Shown here one piece after another: positions 10,601 to 19,824 of a DNA stretch of 64,000 bases. Position 1 is the stretch's first letter, and the number at the start of each line of letters is the position of its first letter. This DNA comes from a virus (taxonomy: Duplodnaviria > Caudoviricetes): the IMG/VR virus record IMGVR_UViG_2974671799_000001, positions 1-64,000 of that record. One strand, 5' to 3'. The notes beneath the pieces are model-generated. The model was not told the DNA's origin. It searched no databases and saw only the letters and a list, made by a program, of their open reading frames with translations. Made by a program: the position numbers and the translations under genes.

Positions 10601-12074
10601 CCTCTTTTGGTGGAATGTGTAAACCATATGTTAAAGGTAATTCCATGTAAGTATCATTCCATGTTGCTGTAAGGTCTGTATTTAAAACAATACCTTGTGA
10701 AATCTTAGCCATAGATGAATCTATAACTTTATTGATATGCTTTTCAGGAATACCCAATTCATTCAAAAGAATCCATTTTATAATTGTGTATTTATGATAA
10801 TAATTCATCATAAACCAAAACTTATTTATGTTTTTGTTATCTGAATCATCCTTGAAAATATGGTGCATTGGTTTTACCTTAGTAATAACGTGTAAACCTT
10901 TTTCAGAAATAGATGTTTTAGCACATAAATACCAATTATACTTCGATAAAGCCTTATGTAACTTAACTTTCATTTTAGCTACATCTTCTTCATCAAACAT
11001 TTGATTTTCGTAACCGATAACTTTATTTGATTTAGGGTCTTTTATTTCATCAGCACAGAATTTAATATCTAAATCGAACGCTTGTAAACCATTCCAATGT
11101 TCATAATCACCATAATCTTCTGATGGTCTAATACCAGTATATGTAGAGTAAGCAACAGGAATCAAACGAGACTTTAAACCTTTTAGAGTTTTATCTAATT
11201 TTGCTTGATATGCTACGGGGTCTATTTCTTTTAAATCAGCGTTATCACCCCAATTAATAAAGTCATTTTTAGTCTTTTCAAAACGCTCTTTATAAATCTG
11301 TGTAACTAATGGGTTGTTGATAGACTTATAAATATCAAACATCATTTTACGGTTAATACTAGATGTTTCCGATACAATAAAAGTCTTTTCAGTATTTTGT
11401 TGGTTGTTGTCTAATATTGTTACGTTATTTTGTACAGTTGTATCAATAGATAGTAACCTTAAATATAAGTCATTAATATTCTTAGTATAGGCAAATCTAA
11501 AGTTTCTGATGTTTAAAACAGATTTTTCAATCTCTTTTTCAATAATAACTTTTTTAGAAATATCATCATCATTAAGTAAACCTTCCCAATCCTTACGCAA
11601 TGTATAAAGTAGAGTTAAACAATGTTCTTCAACCATTTCATACTTTGTTTTAGAATCTGTAACCCTCTTTAATTCTCGCTCGAATCTAGTCTCATCATTA
11701 ATAAATTCATGGATATTAATACGTTCATAGGTTGCATTAAAATTATCCTTTGGAAATTCGTTAAGCGATGCGTTTAGATTTTTGAAAACACTAGTTATAA
11801 AATCAATGTATTTTTTCTTTGATTTTTCGAAACGTTCACCTTCTTGTTCCGAAAATTGAAGTAACTTTTCTAAAGATAAATCAGAAATATCTTCACTATG
11901 ACCATATTCCTCGCATAAAAGGTCAATATCAATATTCTTATCTAAGTTAATTAAAATATCATTACGCTGTTTGCGTTCTATGAAAAGTTCATCGTTGGTA
12001 TCATAATCTAAATAATATGATGATGTCGGAGAGTATTTTACGGCTTTAGCCTTTTTTGCGAGTTGTTTTAACAT
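7635..12074 (-). CDS. AEP-type primase-polymerase (VirE-N/BT4734-like) fused to an SF2 helicase
   Basis: AEP motifs FDLD and SISEKGLH; helicase motifs APGTGKTT, DESH, MTGT, GVGVDI, QYNNRIR. Confidence 0.8.
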   Translation of the reverse strand: MLKQLAKKAKAVKYSPTSSYYLDYDTNDELFIERKQRNDILINLDKNIDIDLLCEEYGHSEDISDLSLEKLLQFSEQEGERFEKSKKKYIDFITSVFKNLNASLNEFPKDNFNATYERINIHEFINDETRFERELKRVTDSKTKYEMVEEHCLTLLYTLRKDWEGLLNDDDISKKVIIEKEIEKSVLNIRNFRFAYTKNINDLYLRLLSIDTTVQNNVTILDNNQQNTEKTFIVSETSSINRKMMFDIYKSINNPLVTQIYKERFEKTKNDFINWGDNADLKEIDPVAYQAKLDKTLKGLKSRLIPVAYSTYTGIRPSEDYGDYEHWNGLQAFDLDIKFCADEIKDPKSNKVIGYENQMFDEEDVAKMKVKLHKALSKYNWYLCAKTSISEKGLHVITKVKPMHHIFKDDSDNKNINKFWFMMNYYHKYTIIKWILLNELGIPEKHINKVIDSSMAKISQGIVLNTDLTATWNDTYMELPLTYGLHIPPKEGMELDEWILEPNNLKRMLTSVSMKALGNETLDDARSRRRKNSSQHTFKVERVDNVVKYDFKVGNLPSISEIKPIDYANIDKGQRDFIRHKAMRTIVALYDGSENTRKLVRHYLKVDVYGKDTWGDEKEFHGKWNYAVKKPTVFNNVLPFLNKAGFKIELDDSKIEEIKNSKMGASIEGLKNSTVSLKEIIPHYSFRLPKATPYLGQIGNQIVDSLTYSKINVIEAAPGTGKTTLFNKLAKKYRICLVCPYQSVLKNKVEGDIDASQYFDTFYGGKKIDFSKLGNKSVATTFDTFNTLTEEDYKKFDIIAIDESHLLFTEGFRGKTSSALVRGVDRFVIDEVLKRDLDFDSNTLYNSNYFIDNEPLLNKLENANKTKVVLMTGTITGELLYFSSKDRLNYIKINSDHKYGKHANFYLCETSKSLKETMAIKMAQSLDEGKTLLVPTNNGDTYINALVEQLKYLTKTEFTDENWGYYSKKTNNDEMCKMINDKSLVPEKIKLIFCTRYLGVGVDIINERKFEVFINGDETTAQDIEQYNNRIRRAFIECSIFYCALEENSSGVVEIKPKIFSTPNEISLRDKNNYQKEISDDKRVATANRNISRNDEKARYKLQEVLTHNEAYHINTAEGVEFNEESFLIKSFAKDFEQIATSACYTKYMLQTYYNYTVGYNFTVLDDEDVTKRLGIISKESSKETELKRTKAYEDVIDFCVENKDKILDSKIDYQLYDEREFRIDIIPLKKGKENPLGFDYEIKYSSLYEKQFKEAYTRMKKLLRVYTPEVASEFLKKRISSNGKVKKAETKRDMALFGFLKRLIYDDKLLVANYDIFKIVEEFLNDGMNDIQYIDEHNFIFNEFAVSGIINKINNYGNSFISKLGDGLSFQSNKKITEIYENAKETLKTLFEMRKVKGSEDFKLTRRMIPPIKKDNSNGFLGNEELEKFLMGDTYTNKEYNEDEIDLDEVTNRKGEDMSKTISNNKSGSFSDFQYDII

Positions 12075-12247
12075 AGTATGATTAGTATTAAAAATAATAA
12101 AAAGTCGTGGAAATCAAATTTTTCAAGAAAGATAAAAGGAACAGTTTTCAGAAATTTTAGTCATTCCACGACAAATAAATCAAACCGCAATTATAATATA
12201 TATGTTTTGAACAATAAACAAAATTAGTTTATTCTACAAAAATTATA

Positions 12248-12595
12248 CTATAATTGTATTTTTTCCATTTCTTTTTTGAATAAATTAGAGAATTTCTTAG
12301 CTGAATTGCCTGATTTAGAATCAGTTGATACACCATCAAAGAATAATGTTTCACATAATCTATAAAGTTCATTTAATGGTAAACATATCGAAATATCTTC
12401 CATTTTAGTAACTTTTAGTTGTTTTTCTACATCTTCTCTAAGGGTTTCCCCTATTTGAATTGATTTGAAATTTGGTGTTTCAATATCCACATATTCATCA
12501 TATGATAAACCATTCAAACCATTTAATGCAATATCATTACAATTATCAATGTTTTCTGATTGTTTATCATTTATGTAAATTATTTTTTCGCTCAT
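12248..12595 (-). CDS. hypothetical protein
   Basis: 115-aa ORF; promoter element TACCTTTG at 12609-12616. Confidence 0.7.
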   Translation of the reverse strand: MSEKIIYINDKQSENIDNCNDIALNGLNGLSYDEYVDIETPNFKSIQIGETLREDVEKQLKVTKMEDISICLPLNELYRLCETLFFDGVSTDSKSGNSAKKFSNLFKKEMEKIQL

Positions 12596-12681
12596 ACTTT
12601 ATTTTTTGCAAAGGTAATTATTTATTTTTAATTATCCAAGGCAGAAATTAATCTACCTTGGATTTTAATATAACAATATTT

Positions 12682-13095
12682 TTATTCAAATAACTTACCA
12701 ATTTTGTCTAATGCTCCCGTTAACCCACCTGTGAATGCTAAATTTAAGATATCGGGATTCTTAGAACTTCCATATCTAGTTTCATACAATGACCAGTTTT
12801 TAAAATCTGTACTAGAACCTTTTAAACCATCGCTTTCTAATGATTTAGCATGACCCCAAAGATTCTCATGTTTGAAAATTACTTTTATATCATTGATATT
12901 GATACGCAAATCTGAAATTTTGTTGTTGTTTTTGTTGTTAATTTCTACTTTATTAACATCAGGCAAATTCATCATATGTAATTTAAAACCTTGTAGCATA
13001 GCCTGAACTCGATTTGAATCGATTTCGAATTGTGTTTGGTCTGCTTCATCATAAATTACGATTATTTTACTGATTTCTGAAATGTTTTGCTTCAT
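12682..13095 (-). CDS. hypothetical protein
   Basis: 137-aa ORF followed by a hairpin at about 12634-12663. Confidence 0.7.
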   Translation of the reverse strand: MKQNISEISKIIVIYDEADQTQFEIDSNRVQAMLQGFKLHMMNLPDVNKVEINNKNNNKISDLRININDIKVIFKHENLWGHAKSLESDGLKGSSTDFKNWSLYETRYGSSKNPDILNLAFTGGLTGALDKIGKLFE

Positions 13096-13137
13096 AGTAT
13101 AAATATTTTAAGTTTAATGTTTATTATTTTTATTGTT

Positions 13138-13725
13138 ATGCAAAATTTAATTACCAAAACTCATATCGAGCTAGGTAAAACCCCCGAATCTTTCGATGAG
13201 AGAAAAAGAATTATTCTATCATTCCAAGTATTTAACATCCCTGAATCTATTCAAACAGATATTCTAAATGCTTATGATTATTTCAAACTACATCCTGAAC
13301 AATTTGATGGTTCTACAGGTTCACCCGAATCATGGGTGTCACTTTATGAACCACCATCAATGGTTCATGATTTAGACTATATCACATACGGTGGAACGTA
13401 TGAAGGTCGTCTATATGCTGATTTGAAATTTCTTAACTATAAGAAAAGATATATGACTTCTTCTATTTGGCGAAATATTCAATATTTTGCTGTTCGTTGG
13501 GGTGGTTTTTATTACCAAATAAAGAACCGTAGAAAGGGGAATACTAAAAAAGCTCCTAGCGTAAATCTACCTTTTAGAAATAAAAGAACTTTTGTTCAGT
13601 TACTTGTTGAAAGTCTAGGTATAATTACCATAATTCCTTTCTTAATATTCTTTATTGGTGCTTGGATAATTGATTTGAATACCAAACCAACAAAAGAAAT
13701 TAAGAAATTAATGAGAAAGATGTAA
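13138..13725 (+). CDS. DUF1353-like protein with C-terminal transmembrane helix
   Basis: FDG...P.MVHD.DY...AD..F...Y.AVR.GG pattern of DUF1353/phospholipase-A2-like proteins; only convincing plus-strand gene. Confidence 0.65.
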   Translation: MQNLITKTHIELGKTPESFDERKRIILSFQVFNIPESIQTDILNAYDYFKLHPEQFDGSTGSPESWVSLYEPPSMVHDLDYITYGGTYEGRLYADLKFLNYKKRYMTSSIWRNIQYFAVRWGGFYYQIKNRRKGNTKKAPSVNLPFRNKRTFVQLLVESLGIITIIPFLIFFIGAWIIDLNTKPTKEIKKLMRKM

Positions 13726-13739
13726 GAGGAACATTTTTG

Positions 13740-13762
13740 AACCCACCCATTCGGTGGGTTTT
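13740..13762. terminator. intrinsic terminator between convergent genes
   Basis: AACCCACC-CATTC-GGTGGGTT stem followed by a T run. Confidence 0.75.
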
Positions 13763-14004
13763 TATTTTGTTAAAGAATATGCCTTTCTATGTCTTATTAA
13801 GTTAACATCAATATAACCGCTACTCTTTAACCCTGAAATCATTTTAGGTAAATCATTTTCGAAACCTCTATTAGTTTCCGAAAAAACACTCATCTGTTTT
13901 TCAATACCCTCACTAATCTCTTTTATATTAGAGTTTGGGTTCTCTCTTAAAAAGTCAATAATCAATGCTTGTTGGATTGATACTGGTTGTAAATTGTTAT
14001 TCAT
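13762..14004 (-). CDS. putative winged-helix DNA-binding protein
   Basis: IIDFLRENP...IKEISE...L...GYI pattern; promoter element TAACTTTG near 14039. Confidence 0.5.
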   Translation of the reverse strand: MNNNLQPVSIQQALIIDFLRENPNSNIKEISEGIEKQMSVFSETNRGFENDLPKMISGLKSSGYIDVNLIRHRKAYSLTK

Positions 14005-14085
14005 ATTTATATTGTTTTGTTTTGTTGTTTTACACTTACAAAGTTACGAATTAATATAACTTATACAAGAACTTTTTTAAACTTT

Positions 14086-14646
14086 TTACGGAAAACCGTA
14101 AATATTTTCACTAACTATCTCTAAACTAGACCAAAAAAAATTATTATAATTTATTAAATAGTATATTACAATACCAAATTGTAATATAACCCATAATCTA
14201 TTCGGTGATTCTAAACCATATCTCTTGAAAAAGTTAGATAATAACAATGTTAAAGGGATATAAACCCAAAAAGCTATATCAATAATACTAAAACAACCAA
14301 GTATTAACCATAATAAACGAGAAAAAGTTATAAGAATCAAAAGAATACCAAATAAAACTGTATATAAACCCTTAATCATTAATTTCTTTGCTATCTTATT
14401 TTTAAACATAGCCTCTTTCCTAATTTCATCAATATCATCAACACTATAATCTTCACTTTTTAATAATTCATTTAACTTTTCAGATGTATTATCAATTTCT
14501 ACCTTTATAGTAGATGATTCTTCACTACATTCCTTAGAATTAATACCGAATCTCTCAAAAGCATATTTAAAAACATTAGGGTAAAATAATTGAATAATTA
14601 ATGAACCTAATGTGAATAGTGTTAAGTAATAAAAAAATGTTTCCAT
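14086..14646 (-). CDS. hypothetical membrane protein
   Basis: About 4 hydrophobic segments. Confidence 0.7.
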   Translation of the reverse strand: METFFYYLTLFTLGSLIIQLFYPNVFKYAFERFGINSKECSEESSTIKVEIDNTSEKLNELLKSEDYSVDDIDEIRKEAMFKNKIAKKLMIKGLYTVLFGILLILITFSRLLWLILGCFSIIDIAFWVYIPLTLLLSNFFKRYGLESPNRLWVILQFGIVIYYLINYNNFFWSSLEIVSENIYGFP

Positions 14647-14674
14647 AATAAAAATTAGAACCCATTGTTATAAG

Positions 14675-14707
14675 GGTCGTTTACTGGATTCTTTTATAAA
14701 CGACCCT
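14675..14707 (-). terminator. hairpin downstream of the Mre11-Rad50 gene
   Basis: AGGGTCGTTTA...TAAACGACCCT 11-bp inverted repeat. Confidence 0.6.
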
Positions 14708-14712
14708 GTTAA

Positions 14713-17700
14713 TTAAATTTTCTCTACAATCTTACTACCATCATTAGTTGGTATAACCTCTAAAACTCTAGTCTCACCTATATCTTCAATATCATGGTCA
14801 ACAACATATAAGGAAATATCTTGCTTCATCCTAGACATCAAATCAACAAAAACTTTTTCATAGTTATCAGCCTTGTAACTCAAACCTTCACCATTATTCA
14901 ATTGACCCGAAATCTCATCAATAAATAAGAAGTTAGTTTTTAATAACCTATTTAGTGATTTAAGCGATTTTAAGAGACTTAAACCTAAAATAGATGTTTC
15001 CATACCACTAGTTAATAAAACACCACTTATAGCCTCTTTTTTAAGGTCTATCATACGTAATTCTAAAGATTCTTTATCAAAGAATAATCTTAAAGGAACA
15101 TCAGATAATAATTCCGATAAATTCTTATTCAGTAAATCTATAATAGAAATGAAAATGTACTTCTGCAAACCTTTATTACCCAACATGATTTTGTATTGCT
15201 TCAAAATAGAAGTAATCAAATTATATTTCTTTAATGAAACAATATCCTTCTCAATATTAACAATACCTTCTCTTAAAGTAACATTCTTTGTCTTTAAAAT
15301 ACTCTGCTCACTAGTTAATTGAATAACCACCTCATCCTTCTTCTTTAATAATCCCTCGTTAAACTCTATATCCTTGAAAACATCAGATAATCCATTCGAA
15401 ACCAACTTCTCATTTTCTAAAATTGTTAACTGTCCTTTAACAATTTCGATATCCTTTTCAATCAAATCAATAGAACCCTTAGTCGATGTGATAGCATTTT
15501 CAATCCTATTCTTTAAATCTATATTTGACCTTAGTTTAGTAATATCACCATCAATAACATCAATCTCATCTTGTAAAGTTTTGATTGTTAAATCAATAGT
15601 GTTTTTACTTTGAATCTTTTCAACAATTTGATTCTTTCGAGTTTTAATATAATCAACATCTAAATAAGTTTCATCATCTTCAAGTTCTGTTTTCTTTGTT
15701 TCAAGCTCTTTAATCTCTATATCAATAGTCTTGAAGAAAGTACTTATTTCCTTAACTTCTTTGGTTAATTCAGCATCTTCTGTAATCTTATATGTAATTT
15801 CCTTAGATTTTAAAGCGTCATACTCTTTTTGTAATTTGTCCTTTTCTGATAATAAAACTAAAGCCTCATTCGATAACTTAATAACCAACTCATTGTATTT
15901 AGAAATATCTTTAGATTTTTCAATCATTTCATTCTTAGTCAATTGAATAGAACCTTCAATATCCTTATCAACATACGCATTACACTTATGACACTTTGTA
16001 GAATCTTCTAGCGAATGTAATCGCTCTTCCAAAGTATTATATGAACTTTTAGATGATTCTAAATTATTCTTTGCAGTAGAAGATTCTGTACTTTTATTAT
16101 TATACTCAACACTTTTATCATTCAAAAGTTTAGACGATTTTGATAATTCATTGTTATGCAATTCTTTTCGTTCATTTAAACGAGTCTGAACAATATTACC
16201 TATCTCTTTTAAACGCGTGTTTTTAACAGCTTTTTTGGATTTCTTATCGATAATTTTAGCTTCGATATCAGTAATCTTTTTATTATGCTCATTTCGTAAC
16301 ATAGTTTCATGATTCCTAATCTCTGTTTCTATAGTATCAATTACTGGCTGAATGTTATTCTTTTCTGAAACCTTATTTGACTTTTCCTGAATCTTCAATA
16401 ACTTTTCAGCCTCTTTTTCAGTAATTGATTTATTAATACTATCCAAATTCAAATTTTCATTTGCTGTATTAAGCTTATCCAATTCAGTATTCTTTTTAGC
16501 CAAATCATCACTATGTGATTGCATCTTGGTATTTGATTCTGTTATAGACTTCTCAATTTCCGATACTGGTTTAACATTACCAACCTTTTCATTAAGTTCT
16601 TTTAATTTACTATTAAGCTCTTCCTTTTCAATATCAATAGATTTGAAATCCAACTTAATCTCTTCTAAACGTGATTCGTTTTTCTTAATATCATCATCAT
16701 TCTCTGCAATCTTATTGAATAAACCATCGATTGTTCCTTCGGGTTTAGTTAAAGAATTTAATGTTTTGTCCTTGAAATCATCATACCTTTCATTCATTGG
16801 CTCAAAGAAATCTAAACCAACAATTCTAAGAATCTCAAAAATCAGCTTATCTGACTTCATTTTTAATAATTGTGATAATGATGATTGATTAACGAACATT
16901 TGACCAAAGAACTCATTTTGGTTTATTAAACCTGTCATAAATTCATGAACAGATTCATAGTTATCAACAACCTCGCCTGTAGGTTTTGTTAATGTAACTT
17001 CTAATGAAGGAACACCAGTAATAGAATTTTTCCAATCTGCTTTTCTCCAATTTGAAACACCACGTTTCCAATTTCTTGAAATGGTTTTTGTCAATTTATA
17101 AGGCTGACCATTAACTGTAAATGAAAGTACTAAATTAACGACATCATTTGGTCTAGTATAATTGAAAAGTGATAATCTATTATCCTTTTTAGTAGTAACC
17201 TTCATGTTTTGGTCTAAAACATCAGTAAACATATAACCAACCAATGTATATAGCTTTGTTTTTCCAACAGCATTAGAACCCAATACACGAACTATTGAAC
17301 ACTCATCAGAAAATTTAACATTAACACCATCACCGAAAGTTAAAGCATTATCAATATCAAAAGATACTAATCTAATATCTTTTAATTCATTAATGATATC
17401 ACCTTTTTCAGCAAATTCTTTTCTAAACATTCGCATTAAAAGTTCCTTACCTTTTTCCTTCTCGTCAGCAGAAACTGTTGAAGTTTTATCGATAGCGACA
17501 TTAATATACTCTTGTGCTTTTTCTAAAATACTTTCAGTTGTAAATAATTCATCCATGTTCTCAACAGTTGTTTCAACATCATTGAAATCAATACCAACAG
17601 TCTTACCAAAAACAGGGTCTTCAATAATACAATTACACCTTCCTTTTAAGTACTCATAAATCTTATCTTGATGCTCATAAAATAAATCCACATTATCCAA

Positions 17701-18645
17701 TACCTTGAAACGAATCATATTCAATGGTGATGATTGGATATCCAATAATGAATAATCATCATACTTAAACTTCTCATCTAATTCAATAGTATGCCTTGTA
17801 ACTATAGGATTAACACGAATAAATTCAATTTCACTATAACGTGTTCCGTTATAATTCACCATATTGAATCCATGCTTACTATTACCTTTTTGGCGACATA
17901 TACCATTTCTATAATAATTACCCTCACCAAAATTTCTCATAATCGTTGATGAACAATATGTGAATGTGGTTGTTGAGGTTCTTATAATATCAGGATTATG
18001 TATATCTCCCGCTAAAACTAAAGGTGAACGAAAATGTGAAAGTTTTATCTTATATGACGAAAATTGCTCCATTGGTTTATCATCAAACCCCTTACAATTA
18101 GCAATTGGGTCATGGAATAACTCAATATAATCCATAGGATTTTTGTCTTTCGCATCATCCAAATCCCAAGGAGAATATGGTAATCTATCAACTTTATTAT
18201 ACTTTTCATAATGACCCCAGTTTGCAAATTTAACACCATCAACCTCATAGAAACCAGTTCTTTTTAGCAAATGAATGTTAGGTAAATTAATCATTTTGAT
18301 TACATTCTCAACATCATCCGATATAACTTGCATATCATTATTCATTAGAATAGTGTTATTAGTACTCGCTAAATCGTGATTACCTAATGAAATAACTGTT
18401 GTGGCTATATTAGATAATTCTTTTAGAAAATAAGATAATAACATTCTTTCTGCCGATGTTGTCCTACAGAACTCAATCAAGTCACCTGTAATAACATTCA
18501 TTTCGGGTTTTTGTTCTCTAATCCTTTCGAGAATCAAATCAATGGTTTTTATCATTTCATCATAACGATTTCCAGTAGGAGTACTCCTAGCCTCTAATTG
18601 GAAATCAGCTAAATGACAAATCCGTTTAATTGTTTTTAACTCCAT
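14713..18645 (-). CDS. sbcCD: fused Mre11/SbcD nuclease-Rad50/SbcC ATPase (gp47-gp46-like)
   Basis: Phosphoesterase motifs HLAD, GDL, GNHD, FH, GDIH; Walker A GSNAVGKT; long coiled coil with CHKC zinc hook; signature TSGME; Walker B FIDE; H-loop VDH. Confidence 0.92.
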   Translation of the reverse strand: MELKTIKRICHLADFQLEARSTPTGNRYDEMIKTIDLILERIREQKPEMNVITGDLIEFCRTTSAERMLLSYFLKELSNIATTVISLGNHDLASTNNTILMNNDMQVISDDVENVIKMINLPNIHLLKRTGFYEVDGVKFANWGHYEKYNKVDRLPYSPWDLDDAKDKNPMDYIELFHDPIANCKGFDDKPMEQFSSYKIKLSHFRSPLVLAGDIHNPDIIRTSTTTFTYCSSTIMRNFGEGNYYRNGICRQKGNSKHGFNMVNYNGTRYSEIEFIRVNPIVTRHTIELDEKFKYDDYSLLDIQSSPLNMIRFKVLDNVDLFYEHQDKIYEYLKGRCNCIIEDPVFGKTVGIDFNDVETTVENMDELFTTESILEKAQEYINVAIDKTSTVSADEKEKGKELLMRMFRKEFAEKGDIINELKDIRLVSFDIDNALTFGDGVNVKFSDECSIVRVLGSNAVGKTKLYTLVGYMFTDVLDQNMKVTTKKDNRLSLFNYTRPNDVVNLVLSFTVNGQPYKLTKTISRNWKRGVSNWRKADWKNSITGVPSLEVTLTKPTGEVVDNYESVHEFMTGLINQNEFFGQMFVNQSSLSQLLKMKSDKLIFEILRIVGLDFFEPMNERYDDFKDKTLNSLTKPEGTIDGLFNKIAENDDDIKKNESRLEEIKLDFKSIDIEKEELNSKLKELNEKVGNVKPVSEIEKSITESNTKMQSHSDDLAKKNTELDKLNTANENLNLDSINKSITEKEAEKLLKIQEKSNKVSEKNNIQPVIDTIETEIRNHETMLRNEHNKKITDIEAKIIDKKSKKAVKNTRLKEIGNIVQTRLNERKELHNNELSKSSKLLNDKSVEYNNKSTESSTAKNNLESSKSSYNTLEERLHSLEDSTKCHKCNAYVDKDIEGSIQLTKNEMIEKSKDISKYNELVIKLSNEALVLLSEKDKLQKEYDALKSKEITYKITEDAELTKEVKEISTFFKTIDIEIKELETKKTELEDDETYLDVDYIKTRKNQIVEKIQSKNTIDLTIKTLQDEIDVIDGDITKLRSNIDLKNRIENAITSTKGSIDLIEKDIEIVKGQLTILENEKLVSNGLSDVFKDIEFNEGLLKKKDEVVIQLTSEQSILKTKNVTLREGIVNIEKDIVSLKKYNLITSILKQYKIMLGNKGLQKYIFISIIDLLNKNLSELLSDVPLRLFFDKESLELRMIDLKKEAISGVLLTSGMETSILGLSLLKSLKSLNRLLKTNFLFIDEISGQLNNGEGLSYKADNYEKVFVDLMSRMKQDISLYVVDHDIEDIGETRVLEVIPTNDGSKIVEKI

Positions 18646-18655
18646 ATATTAAAAA

Positions 18656-18791
18656 TTAATTTAGTTTACTTAATTCATCTTCATATTTTGAGATTTCAGC
18701 ATTTAGTTCACGCCTTCTTGAAATTTCAAAAAGACTGCAACTTGATAATGCTATTTTCAAGTCTGTAATATTTTGCATAATTGCAACTCTC
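18656..18791 (-). CDS. small hypothetical protein
   Basis: Likely start MTNNYS, downstream of TATATTTG near 18833. Confidence 0.5.
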
Positions 18792-19099
18792 TTGCTATAA
18801 TTATTTGTCATGTTTTTAAAATTTAGATAGCGCAAATATATAATTTTTATTACTAAAAACAAAAAATATCTTAAATAATTTTTGAAATCAAAATAATGCG
18901 TTTTAAGACATTTTAGAGAGTTTTAATAAACTTTTGGTATCAACATATAGATTTGTTATAAAAGTTGCTTAAATATATCTTAAAATACGTTATATTTGAT
19001 ATAGGAGTCTCTTTATTACACATAGATGAAGTTAAAAACAATTGGCTTTTAAAAACCAATTTCATAAAAATGGCTTAAATAAGTCATTTTTAAACATGA

Positions 19100-19278
19100 T
19101 TTTATTTATGTTATTTGTATTTATAATATATAAAAGAAAATGCACCTAGGTACATTTTCACTGATTTTCTTTTAATGAAAAATTTGTTTTATTGAGAATC
19201 TTTCAAAGAATTTGTTAAAATATTATAACTACAATAATGTTTGTATATGTCAAAAATTTTTCGGGTGTAAATGTTTAA
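19100..19278. repeat. dispersed 179-bp repeat, copy 1
   Basis: Aligns without gaps to 60365-60543 with 11 mismatches; contains a 24-bp palindrome at 19136-19159. Confidence 0.95.
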
Positions 19279-19621
19279 TTTTAAACAATTTGTTATAAAA
19301 TATAAATTTTATTACTTAAAAATCTTATTATTAGGTATTTAACTAGAATTTTTAGATAAGACTAAAAATATTATTAGGTATGTCTAAAAATTCAATTTTT
19401 CAATTATTAATTAAAACTTACAGATTGTAATCAAATTATGTTAAAATACTTACATATTATAAGCAAAATCATACATTAAATTAAACATTAAAATAGTTTT
19501 TGTTGTATAGTTTCGATAACTAATTTATAATCATGTATTTAAAAATGTTAAAATTTTAATAAGTTTCCTTAAAAATGTTAGAAAGTTACAATTTATAACT
19601 TGAAATAACACATTTAATTGC

Positions 19622-19659
19622 AACAAAAAATCCCGCTATTTTTAGCGGGATTTTTTGTT
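19622..19659 (-). terminator. intrinsic terminator
   Basis: AACAAAAAATCCCGCTA-TTTT-TAGCGGGATTTTTTGTT perfect stem. Confidence 0.85.
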
Positions 19660-19823
19660 TAAATTTCTTCTGAAATTGATTCAACTTTTTTCTTAATTTT
19701 TGCTAATTTTTTATCCTTTTTAGCAAGCTCTTTTTCCAAAAATAATGTATAATTATTCTTATTATATGGATTGAATTTAGACAATCCTTCTTCTTCTAAA
19801 TACTTCTTTCTATACTTTGACAT
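19659..19823 (-). CDS. small basic hypothetical protein (54 aa, not in the ORF track)
   Basis: MSKYRKKYLEEEGLSKFNPY...SEEI*, directly after the upstream stop and ending at the terminator. Confidence 0.65.
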   Translation of the reverse strand: MSKYRKKYLEEEGLSKFNPYNKNNYTLFLEKELAKKDKKLAKIKKKVESISEEI

Positions 19824-19824
19824 A

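Noticed and set aside
15374-17659. Plus-strand ORFs antisense to large genes (also 5436, 7765, 37705, 56324 and others)
   Set aside because: Ser/Leu/Phe/Ile-rich shadow frames of minus-strand coding sequence, with no motifs or promoters
7635-18645. Inteins or introns inflating the two very large ORFs
   Set aside because: No C/S...HN-C/S/T splice motifs or LAGLIDADG/HNH blocks recognised; the lengths are explained by domain fusion and coiled coil
19100-19278. MITE or IS element as the explanation for the 179-bp repeat
   Set aside because: No terminal inverted repeats, no target-site duplication and no transposase in the window
18863-19620. CRISPR array or mini-array in the large non-coding gaps
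   Set aside because: No regularly spaced 25-45-nt direct repeats with unique spacers here or at 60318-60811
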